Origin: an uncultured Dehalococcoidales bacterium
GTDB taxonomy: Bacteria > Chloroflexota > Dehalococcoidia > GIF9 > UBA5629
Assembly (NCBI GenBank): GCA_964605885.1
Contig: CAZSED010000001.1
Span: 70,428 to 134,427, forward strand
Length of the DNA: 64,000 nt
Direction of reading: 5' to 3'
Shown: positions 1 to 9,717 of the stretch, one piece after another
How the letters are laid out: every line of letters begins with the position of its first letter
Numbering within the stretch: the stretch's first letter is position 1
The notes under the pieces: model-generated
The model's input: the letters and a program-made list of their open reading frames with translations, nothing else
The model's database searches: none
Told to the model about the DNA's origin: nothing
Position numbers and translations under genes: made by a program

Positions 1-117
1 GCCGGCATTGTGCTGGGCAGCTTCATGAAGTTCAGGACACTGGTTTTCAAGGTCCTGATCTATGCCATCCTTTTCATTGCCGGCCTGCTTCTTTTGATAA
101 AACAGCTGACGGGGTAG
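1..117 (+). CDS. 3' end of a membrane protein (partial, starts upstream of window)
   Basis: Frame 1 reads AGIVLGSFMKF...LLLLIKQLTG then stop at 115-117. The hydrophobic C-terminus is only weak evidence. Confidence 0.3.
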   Translation, partial: AGIVLGSFMKFRTLVFKVLIYAILFIAGLLLLIKQLTG

Positions 118-179
118 TATGCGGGAGCCCTGGTTCCTGCTAAAATAGTGGAGTTTTATTTCCGGGAAAGGTTGATGAG

Positions 180-1193
180 ATGGCCAGGACAGCGGACAAA
201 CTGATTCCACCGGGGCTAGCCTACATAGCCGAAAATATTCACAAAAGCGATAACATACTTGGCCTTCCCAGGCAGGCCAAGTCTAAATGGGCCGAGGGTA
301 TCGAGTTCTCCAAGGACAGGTCAACCATCTTCTTTGCCGGCTGCGGCTACCAGTATTCCGCCATGCTTGAGCCGCTGGTGAACGTCATCGGCACGGCGGA
401 CAAGATGGCGGTCAATCCCGATTTACCGGTGCACCTGGCGAACCTGCCTAAGAAGCTGGGAATGGATGTGGCGGGCATTTTTTCCAAGACGGTAGCCGGT
501 GACAAGGGTGGCGAATCCGCGGTGCTGCGTGACGCGGTGAAAGTCCTGAAAGCTTTGGGCCTGGACATAGGCTACCTTGGAGAGCACGAGCCTTGCTGCG
601 GTGCTCCTCTCTACCATATAGGCGTGCGCAATAAGTTCTCCGCCCACGCCGGTAAAAGCCACCATGCCTTCAAGGAGGCGGGCGTGAAACGGATCATCAG
701 CATTGTCCCCTCCTGCACGTACGCGCTCAAGACGCTCTACAGCAGGTCGGGGGTGGAGCATGATATCGAGGTGCTGCATTTCACCGAGGTGGCGGCGGAT
801 AAAGTCAAAAGCCTCAAGCTGAAATACCCCGACCGGGTGAAGGTGGCCTATCACGACCCCTGCCAACTGGGCAGGTACATGGGCCTCATAGAGCAGCCGC
901 GCACCATATTGAAATCAATTGAGAATATCGAGCTGGTGGAAACGGCCTGGACCTCGGGCGAGTGGGCCACCTGTTGCGGCGGTGGCGGTGGTTTTGAAGT
1001 GGTCTTTCCGGATATAAGCCGCAAGCTTGCGGCCGGCCGCGTGGCCGAGCTGGCTGAGACAGGAGCGAATATAATAGCCACCCAGTGCCCGGGCTGCCTG
1101 ATGCAGCTCAAGAGCGGGCTGAAAGACTTGAAGAACGACAAAATTGAGGTTATAGACCTTGCCACCCTGATGGCCAGGTCCCTGCCCGGATAA
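180..1193 (+). CDS. (Fe-S)-binding protein with two CCG cysteine-rich domains, LutA/GlcF/HdrB-like
   Basis: CCG-type motifs EPCCGAPLYHIG and ATCCGGGGGF plus PCQLGRY and QCPGCLMQ. Directly followed by a LutB-like gene. Confidence 0.7.
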   Translation: MARTADKLIPPGLAYIAENIHKSDNILGLPRQAKSKWAEGIEFSKDRSTIFFAGCGYQYSAMLEPLVNVIGTADKMAVNPDLPVHLANLPKKLGMDVAGIFSKTVAGDKGGESAVLRDAVKVLKALGLDIGYLGEHEPCCGAPLYHIGVRNKFSAHAGKSHHAFKEAGVKRIISIVPSCTYALKTLYSRSGVEHDIEVLHFTEVAADKVKSLKLKYPDRVKVAYHDPCQLGRYMGLIEQPRTILKSIENIELVETAWTSGEWATCCGGGGGFEVVFPDISRKLAAGRVAELAETGANIIATQCPGCLMQLKSGLKDLKNDKIEVIDLATLMARSLPG

Positions 1194-2381
1194 ATGACGA
1201 TATCCAAGGACTACAGGAAGGAGCTCAGGGACGCCGCAGGAAACGAGCGGATACGCCTGGCCCTGTCGCGCGCCATCAAGAGCTACCGCGAGAACACGAA
1301 AAACACCCTCAAGAAATTCCCGCATACCGTCAGGATGGCGGAGGAGGTCTTGCTCATCAAGGAGCACTCCGTCCAGCACATGCGGGAACTGGCCGAGGAG
1401 GCCAGCCGCGCTATTGAGGAGAACAAAGGCAAGGCCTATATAGCCGATACTGCCGAGCAGGCCCTGGAGATAATCGGCGGGCTGGTGGGGAGCGGCAAGC
1501 TGATAGTCAAGGCCAAGAGCATGACCGCCGAGGAGATCGAGCTGCGCGAGCACCTGGAGGAAGCGGGCAACGACGTCTACGAGACCGACCTGGGCGAGTT
1601 CATCATTCAGAAACTGAACTCACGTCCCATGCACATACTATCACCCGCCATTCACGTACCGCGTGAGGACGTGGCCAAGCTGTTCTCCCAGATCACGGGC
1701 AAGGACCTGCCGCCGGACATCGCTACGCTGGTGGCCACCGCCCGTCAACTTCTGCGCGAGAAGTACTTCACGGCGGATATAGGCATGAGCAGCGCCAACG
1801 TGGTGGCGGCCGATACCGGCACGCTGTTCCTGATAGAGAACGAGGGAAATATTCGCCTGGCCACGGGTGCCCCGCCCATCCATATAGCTTTGATAGGCAT
1901 GGAGAAGCTTGTACCGACGCTCGAGGACGCTTTCAAGGTGGCCGAGGTCACCTGGCGCTACGCCAACTATGGCATACCCTCCTATGTAAGCCTTGTATCC
2001 GGTCCCAGCAAGACCGGAGATATTGAGAAGGTGACCACCTACGGCGCCCACGGGCCCAAGGAGTTCCATGTCATATTCCTGGACGGCGGCAGGACGGAGC
2101 TGGCCGCCGACCCGATTTTGCGGCAGGTGCTTTACTGCCTGCGCTGCGGGGGCTGCCTGTATGAGTGTCCCGTGTTCGGGCTTACGGCAGGCTATTTCGG
2201 TGACAAGTACTTCGCCGGCATCGGGGCTGTATGGGCCGCCAAGGTGCATAAGAACCTGGAGAAGGGCTCATCCATGGCCTATACCTGCCTGACCTGCGGC
2301 AGGTGCAAGGTCCGCTGCCCCATGAAGATAGACGTCCCCGAGATGATACTCAAGCTGCGCAATTCCATCGTCGAGCCGTAG
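1194..2381 (+). CDS. LutB-like lactate-utilisation iron-sulfur protein (LUD domain plus 4Fe-4S motifs)
   Basis: ATG immediately after the upstream stop suggests translational coupling. Cysteine-rich C-terminal region CLRCGGCLYECPV...CLTCGRCKVRCP resembles a LutB dicluster domain. Confidence 0.7.
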   Translation: MTISKDYRKELRDAAGNERIRLALSRAIKSYRENTKNTLKKFPHTVRMAEEVLLIKEHSVQHMRELAEEASRAIEENKGKAYIADTAEQALEIIGGLVGSGKLIVKAKSMTAEEIELREHLEEAGNDVYETDLGEFIIQKLNSRPMHILSPAIHVPREDVAKLFSQITGKDLPPDIATLVATARQLLREKYFTADIGMSSANVVAADTGTLFLIENEGNIRLATGAPPIHIALIGMEKLVPTLEDAFKVAEVTWRYANYGIPSYVSLVSGPSKTGDIEKVTTYGAHGPKEFHVIFLDGGRTELAADPILRQVLYCLRCGGCLYECPVFGLTAGYFGDKYFAGIGAVWAAKVHKNLEKGSSMAYTCLTCGRCKVRCPMKIDVPEMILKLRNSIVEP

Positions 2382-2492
2382 CCGGCTACTGGTACAAAAG
2401 TCACAGTCAAAACCCGCTTCCCGTGCTACCATGTGTTCGTAAGTGAGGAAAGGAAGAGGTTGGACGGCGGTAGCAAAGGAGGTGCAGTAGAC

Positions 2493-2612
2493 ATGATGAA
2501 AATACTTAGCCTGTTATGTCGAAGGAACTTGATCGCAGCAAGCCCCTCCGGAGCCGCCAGCGATGACAGCTCTGCAGGGGGCGGAGAAGGTTCCCGAGCT
2601 CCTCTAGATTGA
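2493..2612 (+). CDS. possible 39-aa small ORF (MMKILSLLCRRNLIAASPSGAASDDSSAGGGEGSRAPLD)
   Basis: Preceded by a strong RBS AAAGGAGG 9-10 nt upstream. Below the ORF-track size cutoff. Lies in a 450-bp gap with a terminator hairpin downstream. Confidence 0.2.
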   Translation: MMKILSLLCRRNLIAASPSGAASDDSSAGGGEGSRAPLD

Positions 2613-2690
2613 TTGGGAAAAAGGCGCAACAGGAACTCTAGCTATAATAGCTCAGGAGAGCTAAAGGGAGGAGTAGTGGAACGAAGCTCG

Positions 2691-2733
2691 GAGCAGGCTT
2701 CCAAGGGAAACTTTGGAGCCTGCTCTTTTAATT
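2691..2733 (+). terminator. rho-independent terminator-like hairpin
   Basis: Perfect 9-bp stem GAGCAGGCT/AGCCTGCTC with a 17-nt loop, followed by TTTTAATT. Confidence 0.45.
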
Positions 2734-2865
2734 ATCCGAGGCAGTACTAACGTACCGTGACTAAAATCTAAGTCAAAATAGGAGCAATGGGTCTTACGCT
2801 CGGAGCTGCGCCGGTATAAAGTTGATAGTGTGCGCGGAAGAAGTCCGGCATTAGGGGAAGGAGCT

Positions 2866-3957
2866 ATGAAGGCCCATTTTAATCCAGTTGGCTTGATAGC
2901 CGCGGTTGCACTGCTCACTGCTGCAGGCAGCCTGGCCTCAGCGACCAGCCACCAGGCCACAGCTGTCAACGGCGATTTCAACGGCAGTCAACCGTCTGCA
3001 GTCGCGTCCCATAGTGACCAGCAAAGCACGGGCACTGCTATCCCATCACAGGGGCCGCCCTGGAAACGTTTGGGCGTTGTGCTGGACTTGGGCAACAAGG
3101 GTGATGCAGACGACAAGAACATCGAGTCCCCTGTTGTCTTAAGACAGGGCGACGGCACCTACGTCATGTGGTACAGGGGGCAGACCTACGCCGATAGAAT
3201 CGGGCGTATCATGCGCGCCACTTCGCCCGACGGCCTTAAGTGGACCAGGACGGGCGTGGTGATGGTGCCGACCACCTCATACGAAGGTGATAAGATAGAC
3301 CCCATGTCTATTATATTTGAGGACGGCGGCTATAAGATGTGGTATGGCGCTGAGGGATACGGCGGATGCGCCTGCTTCGCCACTTCACCGGACGGCATAC
3401 ACTGGACCAGGTACACGGGAAATCCCGTGCTGCGCAAGACCAGCGGCAACTGGGACAGCGAAGGAGCGGGCGGACAGCACAGCGTAATCAAGATCGGTGA
3501 CAAGTATTATATGTACTACAAGGGCTATGGTAAGGCCGCTCCCGGCTGGACTTTCTATGGTCTGGCCGAGTCCCTGGACGGCACGACCTGGTACAAGCTG
3601 GGAAAGGCCGTATGTCCCGATCCAGCCCTCGGTGAGACGACCACCTTCAGGAATCTATTTGCCTTCAAGGCCGGCGATTACTATTGCATTATGCATACCA
3701 TGGCGGACTATCTCAACCTCTACCTGTGCACCAGCAAGGATGGCAAAAGCTGGCTGAAGGACGGCCTTTTCTTCAGCAAGGGCATGACGCCCGGAGGCGC
3801 GGACCTGAAGTGGGCCACTTCTCCCTGTATTAGAGTGGACGGGGACGCGGTGAAGATGTGGTATGAGGGCGGAGACCTGGACGGGCGCGTCCGCACACTT
3901 TATGCCGAGACCAGCCTGAACAGTTTCCTGCAGGCATCCGAAGGCTGCGTACGTTGA
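2866..3957 (+). CDS. secreted beta-propeller protein, glycoside hydrolase GH43/GH32/GH130-like fold
   Basis: RBS GGAAGGAG before ATG 2866. Signal peptide MKAHFNPVGLIAAVALLTAAGSLASA. Repeated blades SPDGxxWTR / MWYxG / YYMYYKGYG typical of 5-bladed propeller hydrolases. Confidence 0.55.
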   Translation: MKAHFNPVGLIAAVALLTAAGSLASATSHQATAVNGDFNGSQPSAVASHSDQQSTGTAIPSQGPPWKRLGVVLDLGNKGDADDKNIESPVVLRQGDGTYVMWYRGQTYADRIGRIMRATSPDGLKWTRTGVVMVPTTSYEGDKIDPMSIIFEDGGYKMWYGAEGYGGCACFATSPDGIHWTRYTGNPVLRKTSGNWDSEGAGGQHSVIKIGDKYYMYYKGYGKAAPGWTFYGLAESLDGTTWYKLGKAVCPDPALGETTTFRNLFAFKAGDYYCIMHTMADYLNLYLCTSKDGKSWLKDGLFFSKGMTPGGADLKWATSPCIRVDGDAVKMWYEGGDLDGRVRTLYAETSLNSFLQASEGCVR

Positions 3958-3999
3958 CGCTCAACGGCAACTGCTGTTGCGCTTAAAACCTCTGCAAAT

Positions 4000-4389
4000 T
4001 TAATGCAAAGCCAGACTAAGCGTAAGTACAACCAGCACGAAAGCAGTTATAAGCACGTACCACAGCTCTCTTTTCCAGATAAAGTACACGACAGAAAAAA
4101 TGACCCGTAAGTATACCATGACCAAAAGGACGGCCATGCCAGCCGTCATGAGCTGGATCGCCATCGGTTTTGAGTAGTCCGGCATGAACAGCCGCCACAG
4201 GAAATTGAAGAAGTCCTGTCCGTGGATATACATCAGTTGATCGGTCAAAGAGAGGCCGATGTTACCGTAATATAGGTAATAAAAAATGATCCCCGCGGCT
4301 ATCAAGGTCAGGCTGAGTGCTACTCCGCTTATCAGCAGATAGCTGATGGCCGTTTCCAGTTTTTCTTCCCCGCTTCCAACGTTTTTCAC
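4000..4389 (-). CDS. DUF1634-like small membrane protein, partner of TauE/SafE
   Basis: Multi-TM hydrophobic 129-aa protein. It overlaps the stop of the upstream TauE/SafE gene by 4 nt, the usual pairing. Confidence 0.55.
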   Translation of the reverse strand: MKNVGSGEEKLETAISYLLISGVALSLTLIAAGIIFYYLYYGNIGLSLTDQLMYIHGQDFFNFLWRLFMPDYSKPMAIQLMTAGMAVLLVMVYLRVIFSVVYFIWKRELWYVLITAFVLVVLTLSLALH

Positions 4390-5222
4390 AGGGATGTTAC
4401 CCCTTTATAGAGCATTTGCACTATGAGCAGCACGACGATGATGTAAAAAAGTATTTTAACGATCTTATCGTTCAGCCTGTTAAGGATGCGGCCGCCCAGC
4501 AGCGCACCTATGGTCGTGCCCACGGCCACGGGCGCCATCAGGGTTATATTGAGCAGGCCGGAAAAAAGATACACGCTGGTGGCGGCCAACGCCGTCATGC
4601 CGATAATGAAATTGCTGGTCGTGCTGGATACCTTGGTCGGCAGCTTGAGAATCACCTCATGGACGGTCACCTTGAATGCACCGGCGCCTATGCCCAGCAT
4701 TCCTGCCGCCAGCCCGGCGACAAGCATTCCCAGGCCTCCCGGGATGGCGTTGGTAGCCCTGTACTCAACGATTTTCTTTCTGGCTTCATCGTAGTAACTG
4801 CCCTTTAACCCGAGCGCCTTTGATACGCTATCCTGCTGCTGCACTTCCGGTATATAATCGCCGGTTATCTGTTTAACCGTGGCAAAAGACGTAAGTAAAA
4901 ATGCTGCAAAAAAGAAATATAGATAAACCGCCGGGATGAAGGTTGTTATGGTGGCGCCGATGATGGCCCCGCTGATGGTGAAGGCCTCGAGGAACATGGC
5001 TATTTTGACATTGGTTATCCGGTCTCTGACATAAGCGGATGCGGAGCCGGCAGAAGTGGCTATGATGCTTATCATTGAGGAGGCTATGGCCACCTTCACA
5101 GGGATACCGAACAGAATTAGAAGCGGAATGAGGATGCTGGCCCCGCCCAGCCCCGTCAACGCACCGAGAAAACCGATAAATACGGAAAAAATGCCCAGAG
5201 ATACCATGTTTACCATTTGCAT
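4386..5222 (-). CDS. TauE/SafE family sulfite/anion exporter (DUF81)
   Basis: Eight predicted TM segments. Gly-rich repeats GALTGLGGASILIPLL and GMLGIGAGAF are characteristic of TauE/SafE. Confidence 0.75.
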   Translation of the reverse strand: MQMVNMVSLGIFSVFIGFLGALTGLGGASILIPLLILFGIPVKVAIASSMISIIATSAGSASAYVRDRITNVKIAMFLEAFTISGAIIGATITTFIPAVYLYFFFAAFLLTSFATVKQITGDYIPEVQQQDSVSKALGLKGSYYDEARKKIVEYRATNAIPGGLGMLVAGLAAGMLGIGAGAFKVTVHEVILKLPTKVSSTTSNFIIGMTALAATSVYLFSGLLNITLMAPVAVGTTIGALLGGRILNRLNDKIVKILFYIIVVLLIVQMLYKGVTSL

Positions 5223-5263
5223 ATACGCCGCTACCCCAGCCGCATTCTAAGGGCTAGGCCTCT

Positions 5264-5788
5264 TTAAGGCCTGCCCGGCCAGCGCTGAATGATGCCCTCC
5301 CGGTTGACCTCGACGTATTTACAGCTCGGCGTGTCGCCACATTTGCGGCAGGCTTTATCATAGGCGGAGTTAATCGTGCCGCACTGCGGGCAAGAGTAGT
5401 GCTCCACCATTTCCTCGTACCAGCGCTCCCATCCTGCCTCTTTGATGCGCTCCAGTGATTTCCACAGCTCCAGCCTGTGGGGCAGTATGGACTGGAAGGC
5501 CTTCAATTCTTGGCAGGGGTACTCGGCGCATTGCACGCAGAAGTCGAAGCCCTTCTCTGCAGCGCAGGCATACATCTGGCAGCTCTCGCAGTGAATGTTT
5601 CTCACCTCCGCCCGGCACCCCTGGCAATTCAGCGATTCGACAGGCTGGTTGAAGATGGCCGCCATCGTCCTGAGCCTTTCAGGTTCCTCGCTGGAGCCAA
5701 TATAGATTGTGCAGGAAGGACAGAACAGGCCGCATACCGCAGCTTCCCGCTTATCAGGTCTTTTAGAGGCCGGATTTTTCCCTTTCAT
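5264..5788 (-). CDS. DUF3795-like cysteine-rich protein
   Basis: CGLFCPSCTIY...CQGC...CESC...CVQCAEYPC pattern. RBS GAGGAGG before the ATG at 5788, so the longer ORF start at 5806 is rejected. Confidence 0.6.
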   Translation of the reverse strand: MKGKNPASKRPDKREAAVCGLFCPSCTIYIGSSEEPERLRTMAAIFNQPVESLNCQGCRAEVRNIHCESCQMYACAAEKGFDFCVQCAEYPCQELKAFQSILPHRLELWKSLERIKEAGWERWYEEMVEHYSCPQCGTINSAYDKACRKCGDTPSCKYVEVNREGIIQRWPGRP

Positions 5789-5877
5789 CTTCCACCTCCT
5801 CAACATTATACTTAAACGTCCGGCCTTTCGCCCTGCTCTCGATTGCGGTCCCGCTAATCTGGAGTTTCACCCCGCAA

Positions 5878-6660
5878 TCAATTTTTAATCTCACCCCGGA
5901 TACCGATGATGGTCTCTTTAAAGGGGATATCCTTGCCCGAGGCCAGGATGGCCTGCATGGCCATACGGGTCAAACCGGCGCAGCAGGGCACTTCCATGCG
6001 CAGCACCGCCAGGCTCTTAATATCCGATCTGGTCAGGATATCGGTCAGCTTGGACAGGTGTGCTTCATAGTCGTCGAGCTTGGGACAGGCCACCAGCAGG
6101 GCATGATTCTTCAGGAAATCATGATGAAAACCGCCGTATGAGAAGGCGGTGCAATCGGCCGCCAGCAGGACGTCGGCTGCCTGCAGGAAAGGCGCACCCG
6201 GCGGGACCAGCGTAAGCTGCACCGGCCAGTGTGCCAGGGCGGACGGCATGCCGGCTGTCTCCTCACTTAACGCCGGCGTGGAGGTGGCTTTGAACTGAGA
6301 GACGCTGGAAGACGGGCAGCCGCAGGGCAGCTTCTCTTCTTTATCAAACTGTTTCACGGCTGTGGAAGGACACCCGCAGGCAGGCGGGGGTTGGGAGGAT
6401 TTGCCCTGGACATGTTTTTTAGCGGCCTGTTCATCGAAGGGCTCAGCTTCACGCTCTTCAATGGTTATGGCGCCCTGGGGACATTCAGAGAGGCAGGCGC
6501 CCAGGCTGTCGCAGTACCTGTCTGAGACCAGCCGGGCCTTGCCGTCTATGATCTGCAGCGCACCCTCGGCACAGGCGGGAATACAGGCCCCGCAGCCGTT
6601 GCACTTTTCTTCGTCGATTTTGACTATCTTCCTGAGCGTTTTAGACGTGGTGTTTTTCAT
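5878..6660 (-). CDS. 4Fe-4S dicluster ferredoxin-domain protein with a C-terminal Cys-containing domain of unknown function
   Basis: N-terminal CNGCGACIPACAEGA...CDSLGACLSECPQGA gives two 4Fe-4S motifs. The C-terminal 150 aa carry CTAFSYGG and VPCCAGL motifs. Confidence 0.6.
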   Translation of the reverse strand: MKNTTSKTLRKIVKIDEEKCNGCGACIPACAEGALQIIDGKARLVSDRYCDSLGACLSECPQGAITIEEREAEPFDEQAAKKHVQGKSSQPPPACGCPSTAVKQFDKEEKLPCGCPSSSVSQFKATSTPALSEETAGMPSALAHWPVQLTLVPPGAPFLQAADVLLAADCTAFSYGGFHHDFLKNHALLVACPKLDDYEAHLSKLTDILTRSDIKSLAVLRMEVPCCAGLTRMAMQAILASGKDIPFKETIIGIRGEIKN

Positions 6661-6677
6661 TTTGCACCTCTCTTAAC

Positions 6678-6917
6678 CTATGCGCTTTTACCCTTCAATT
6701 TTTCGTACAGCTCTGCGCCCAGGCACTGCTCGGCAAACCGGCAGTGCGCGGCGCATGTGGCTACGTTGTTGTAAACCGCCTGGCCACACTGCGGACAATC
6801 AACTTTCATATCCGTGGAAAACAGCTCCACCTCGCCCCCGCACTGCGGGCATCTCTTGGCATTGATGGTGGGCGTCCTGATATTGGAAGCACCCGGGCAT
6901 TTAAACAGCATGCTCAT
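6678..6917 (-). CDS. small zinc-ribbon protein
   Basis: CPQCGG...CPQCGQ paired CxxC motifs. Lies 17 nt upstream of the 4Fe-4S gene on the same strand. Confidence 0.45.
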   Translation of the reverse strand: MSMLFKCPGASNIRTPTINAKRCPQCGGEVELFSTDMKVDCPQCGQAVYNNVATCAAHCRFAEQCLGAELYEKLKGKSA

Positions 6918-6979
6918 ACCCCAGATTTTAATAGCAGGATCGGGAGGAGACTATGATTTAAATCACAGTTGGACTGAAG

Positions 6980-8302
6980 CTAGAATCTCTGGAGAAGCTG
7001 GCGAAGGGCGTCTGTGCCGAACTGCAGTGCCTGGACGGGGACGCGCTCGTCGGCGGCGTGGAAAAGCTCCTCAAACTTTATCTCCGGCGGCAGGTTCAGG
7101 GGAGTGAAACCATATGTCTGGATGCCCAGCCTGGAGAACAGGCGGGCATCCGTGACTGCCGGGAGCATCATGGGTATGGGAATCCCTTCCGGGTCGGCTT
7201 TCTTTAAAATAGCGGCCAGCGTGTAAAACAGGCCCATATTCGGCTCTGACGGGCCCGGGCTGAAGACCATTGTCTGGTATTCCACGTCTCTGCCTGCCAG
7301 CGCCTCCAGCTCATCGATGACATCATCCGCCGTGAAGCCGGGCAGAACGCGGACGTCCAGGAGAATGGACACCTGGCTGGGGATCATGTTGTAACTTTCT
7401 CCGGCCTGTATGGCGGTCACCGCCACGGTGTTGTGCAGTATGGGATCGAACATGCGCGCCGAGGGGCCGAGCATGTCCAGGAAAAGGTTTGTCATCGACG
7501 GTATCAGCAGCTGCCGCAGGGCATGATTCAAGGGAAAGGGCAGATTTTCCGCTGTAGCACGTATCTGCTCCCTGGCGACCGGGGTTATATGGACGGGCAG
7601 GCGGCGTTCCAGGCGGTACAGGTAGTAGGCCAGGTGCCGCATGATGCCACCTCTGGCAGGCCAGGCTCCGTGACCGCCGCGGCCGCGTATGGTGGCCAGT
7701 ATGCCGCAGCCCTGTTTCTCCGCCACCATGATAGGGTAAAAGCGTCTGCGCGACATGGTGACGGGAAAGCCTCCGAATTCTCCAATGGCGTACTTAACGC
7801 CCTGAAAAAGGTAGCCGTGATTGTTCACCAGGTACTCTGCACCGTAGGCGCTGGTACTTTCCTCATCGCTCAGCACAGCCAGTATGACATCGCCCGGAGG
7901 AGGGGGACCTTCCAGCTTTGAGGTCATTACCGCTGAAAGCATCATAGCCAGCGCGCCCTTCATATCCAGCGCGCCGCGGCCCCAAATATAGCCGTCTATC
8001 TCCTCACCGGCGAAGGGATTGACTTTCCATACCTGGTTGGCCGTGGTCACCACATCCACATGGCCGTAAAGCAGCAGGGGTGGAGAGTTGCCAAGGCCCG
8101 GAATGCGGGCAATCAGGTTGGGGCGTGATGGGTCGGCAGCCACGATGGTGTTCTGTATTCCCGACCAGTCCAGCAGACTCTTGACATATCCTATGCAGGG
8201 CGCCTCATTGCCCGGCGGGTTGGTGGTGTTGAACTTAATCAGGTGCTTCAGTATTTGAGAGGGGTTGGCGTATATCGGTATCTCGGCCTGCGAGTTGATC
8301 AT
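6980..8302 (-). CDS. M20 family metallopeptidase (ArgE/DapE/CPG2-like)
   Basis: LLLYGHVDVV, ALDMKGALAMM and SDEESTSAYGAEY motifs. Confidence 0.8.
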   Translation of the reverse strand: MINSQAEIPIYANPSQILKHLIKFNTTNPPGNEAPCIGYVKSLLDWSGIQNTIVAADPSRPNLIARIPGLGNSPPLLLYGHVDVVTTANQVWKVNPFAGEEIDGYIWGRGALDMKGALAMMLSAVMTSKLEGPPPPGDVILAVLSDEESTSAYGAEYLVNNHGYLFQGVKYAIGEFGGFPVTMSRRRFYPIMVAEKQGCGILATIRGRGGHGAWPARGGIMRHLAYYLYRLERRLPVHITPVAREQIRATAENLPFPLNHALRQLLIPSMTNLFLDMLGPSARMFDPILHNTVAVTAIQAGESYNMIPSQVSILLDVRVLPGFTADDVIDELEALAGRDVEYQTMVFSPGPSEPNMGLFYTLAAILKKADPEGIPIPMMLPAVTDARLFSRLGIQTYGFTPLNLPPEIKFEELFHAADERVPVQALQFGTDALRQLLQRF

Positions 8303-8363
8303 GAATTCCTCACGCTAACGCTCACGGGGTCTGAACAGGTCAAAGTCCTATCAATTCTATTCG

Positions 8364-9716
8364 ATGGACAATTTGATGTCCAGAAATCTTCGTTTATTTG
8401 CAGCTGTCAATCGAGGCGAACAGATTGACTTATTAAATATGCCAAATTATTATTACGCGGATAATGCCGTAATAAACCAGCTGTGTCTTACCATGTGGAA
8501 CGATATCAGAGTTGCGTTTTTCCTGGTCTATAAGGCCATCACCAGGGGCAATAAATTTACCCTGGTCCTGACCATACTGGTGACCACGCTGGCTTTTATC
8601 AACATCATCTTCAGCTCCGCCTTCATGAATGGGGCCATCAGCAAAGCCTATCAGCAGGCCAAGGAAAATTATGTTTCCAATATAGTCATACTGCCTGCTA
8701 CCGATGAGAAATATATCACGCAGGTACAGCAGCTCAAGACCAAGATTAATACCCTGCCCGGCGTGGTCAGCTCTTCGTCGCGCTATTCGCAGTCAGGCGT
8801 TATACGCTACGACCCGGATAAGGACAACGTTGATGTCCGCGAGAAGGCCTGGACCATAAAATCCATCAATCCCGACGAGGAAATCAAGGTCACAAACCTG
8901 CAGGATTACATGGTGGCCGGCATGTACCTGGAGGAGAACGACCGCGACCAGATCATGATGGGCAGGGAGATATCGGGAGGATACGAAGCCAGCTTTGAGA
9001 TATCTTCGCTCAAAGGCGCCAGGGTGGGCGACGAGGTTACCGTCACTTATGGGAACGGCGTAAAGAGAGACTACAAGGTAAAAGGCATTTATATGACCCA
9101 CTTCCCGCTGGCTGACCTTAACGTGTTTGTGACCGAGAAAGAGATGGAATCCGTACTACAGGTGCACAACAGGGCAACGGAGCTGCTGGTCAAAACGGAC
9201 GGCTCCGTCCCGGAGAGCGTGTATGTCGACCGGCTGAGGATGATGGGGGTGGAGAATGAGCAGATCAACGTCTGGCTGGACTTTATAGGCTACATAAGCG
9301 GCCTGACCCAGACTTTCAGCATCATAAACGGCATAGTGACATTTATCGGCCTGCTGGTGGCCGGCATCACCATTTTCATTGTCATCTTTATTGCTACCAT
9401 CAACCGCCGCAGGCAGATCGGCATTCTCAAGGCCATCGGCATGAAGGAGCGCATCATTATACTGTCCTACATCTTCCAGGCCGTCTTTTACGCTGTGCTG
9501 GGTGTGATAGTAGGCATGGTCGTGATCGAATACTTGATAATGCCATATTTCATACGGCACCCGTTTCCCATGCCCATCGGGCTGGTCAGCCTGGCGCTGG
9601 TGCAACGAGACCTGGCGATAAGTATATTGAGTATGGTGACCGTAAGCATAGTAGCCGGTTTTATCCCGTCGTGGATGGTCACACGGCAGAACATCATCAA
9701 GGCGATCTGGGGATAA
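8364..9716 (+). CDS. ABC transporter permease, FtsX/MacB-like (true start may lie downstream)
   Basis: N-terminal TM helix, large periplasmic-like domain and a C-terminal four-TM FtsX core (INRRRQIGILKAIG). Followed by the ATPase subunit 1 nt downstream. Confidence 0.7.
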   Translation: MDNLMSRNLRLFAAVNRGEQIDLLNMPNYYYADNAVINQLCLTMWNDIRVAFFLVYKAITRGNKFTLVLTILVTTLAFINIIFSSAFMNGAISKAYQQAKENYVSNIVILPATDEKYITQVQQLKTKINTLPGVVSSSSRYSQSGVIRYDPDKDNVDVREKAWTIKSINPDEEIKVTNLQDYMVAGMYLEENDRDQIMMGREISGGYEASFEISSLKGARVGDEVTVTYGNGVKRDYKVKGIYMTHFPLADLNVFVTEKEMESVLQVHNRATELLVKTDGSVPESVYVDRLRMMGVENEQINVWLDFIGYISGLTQTFSIINGIVTFIGLLVAGITIFIVIFIATINRRRQIGILKAIGMKERIIILSYIFQAVFYAVLGVIVGMVVIEYLIMPYFIRHPFPMPIGLVSLALVQRDLAISILSMVTVSIVAGFIPSWMVTRQNIIKAIWG

Positions 9717-9717
9717 T

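Noticed and set aside
423-1553. Minus-strand ORFs of 147, 118 and 212 aa overlapping the lutA-like gene
   Set aside because: Antisense to a gene with clear CCG motifs. No RBS or motifs.
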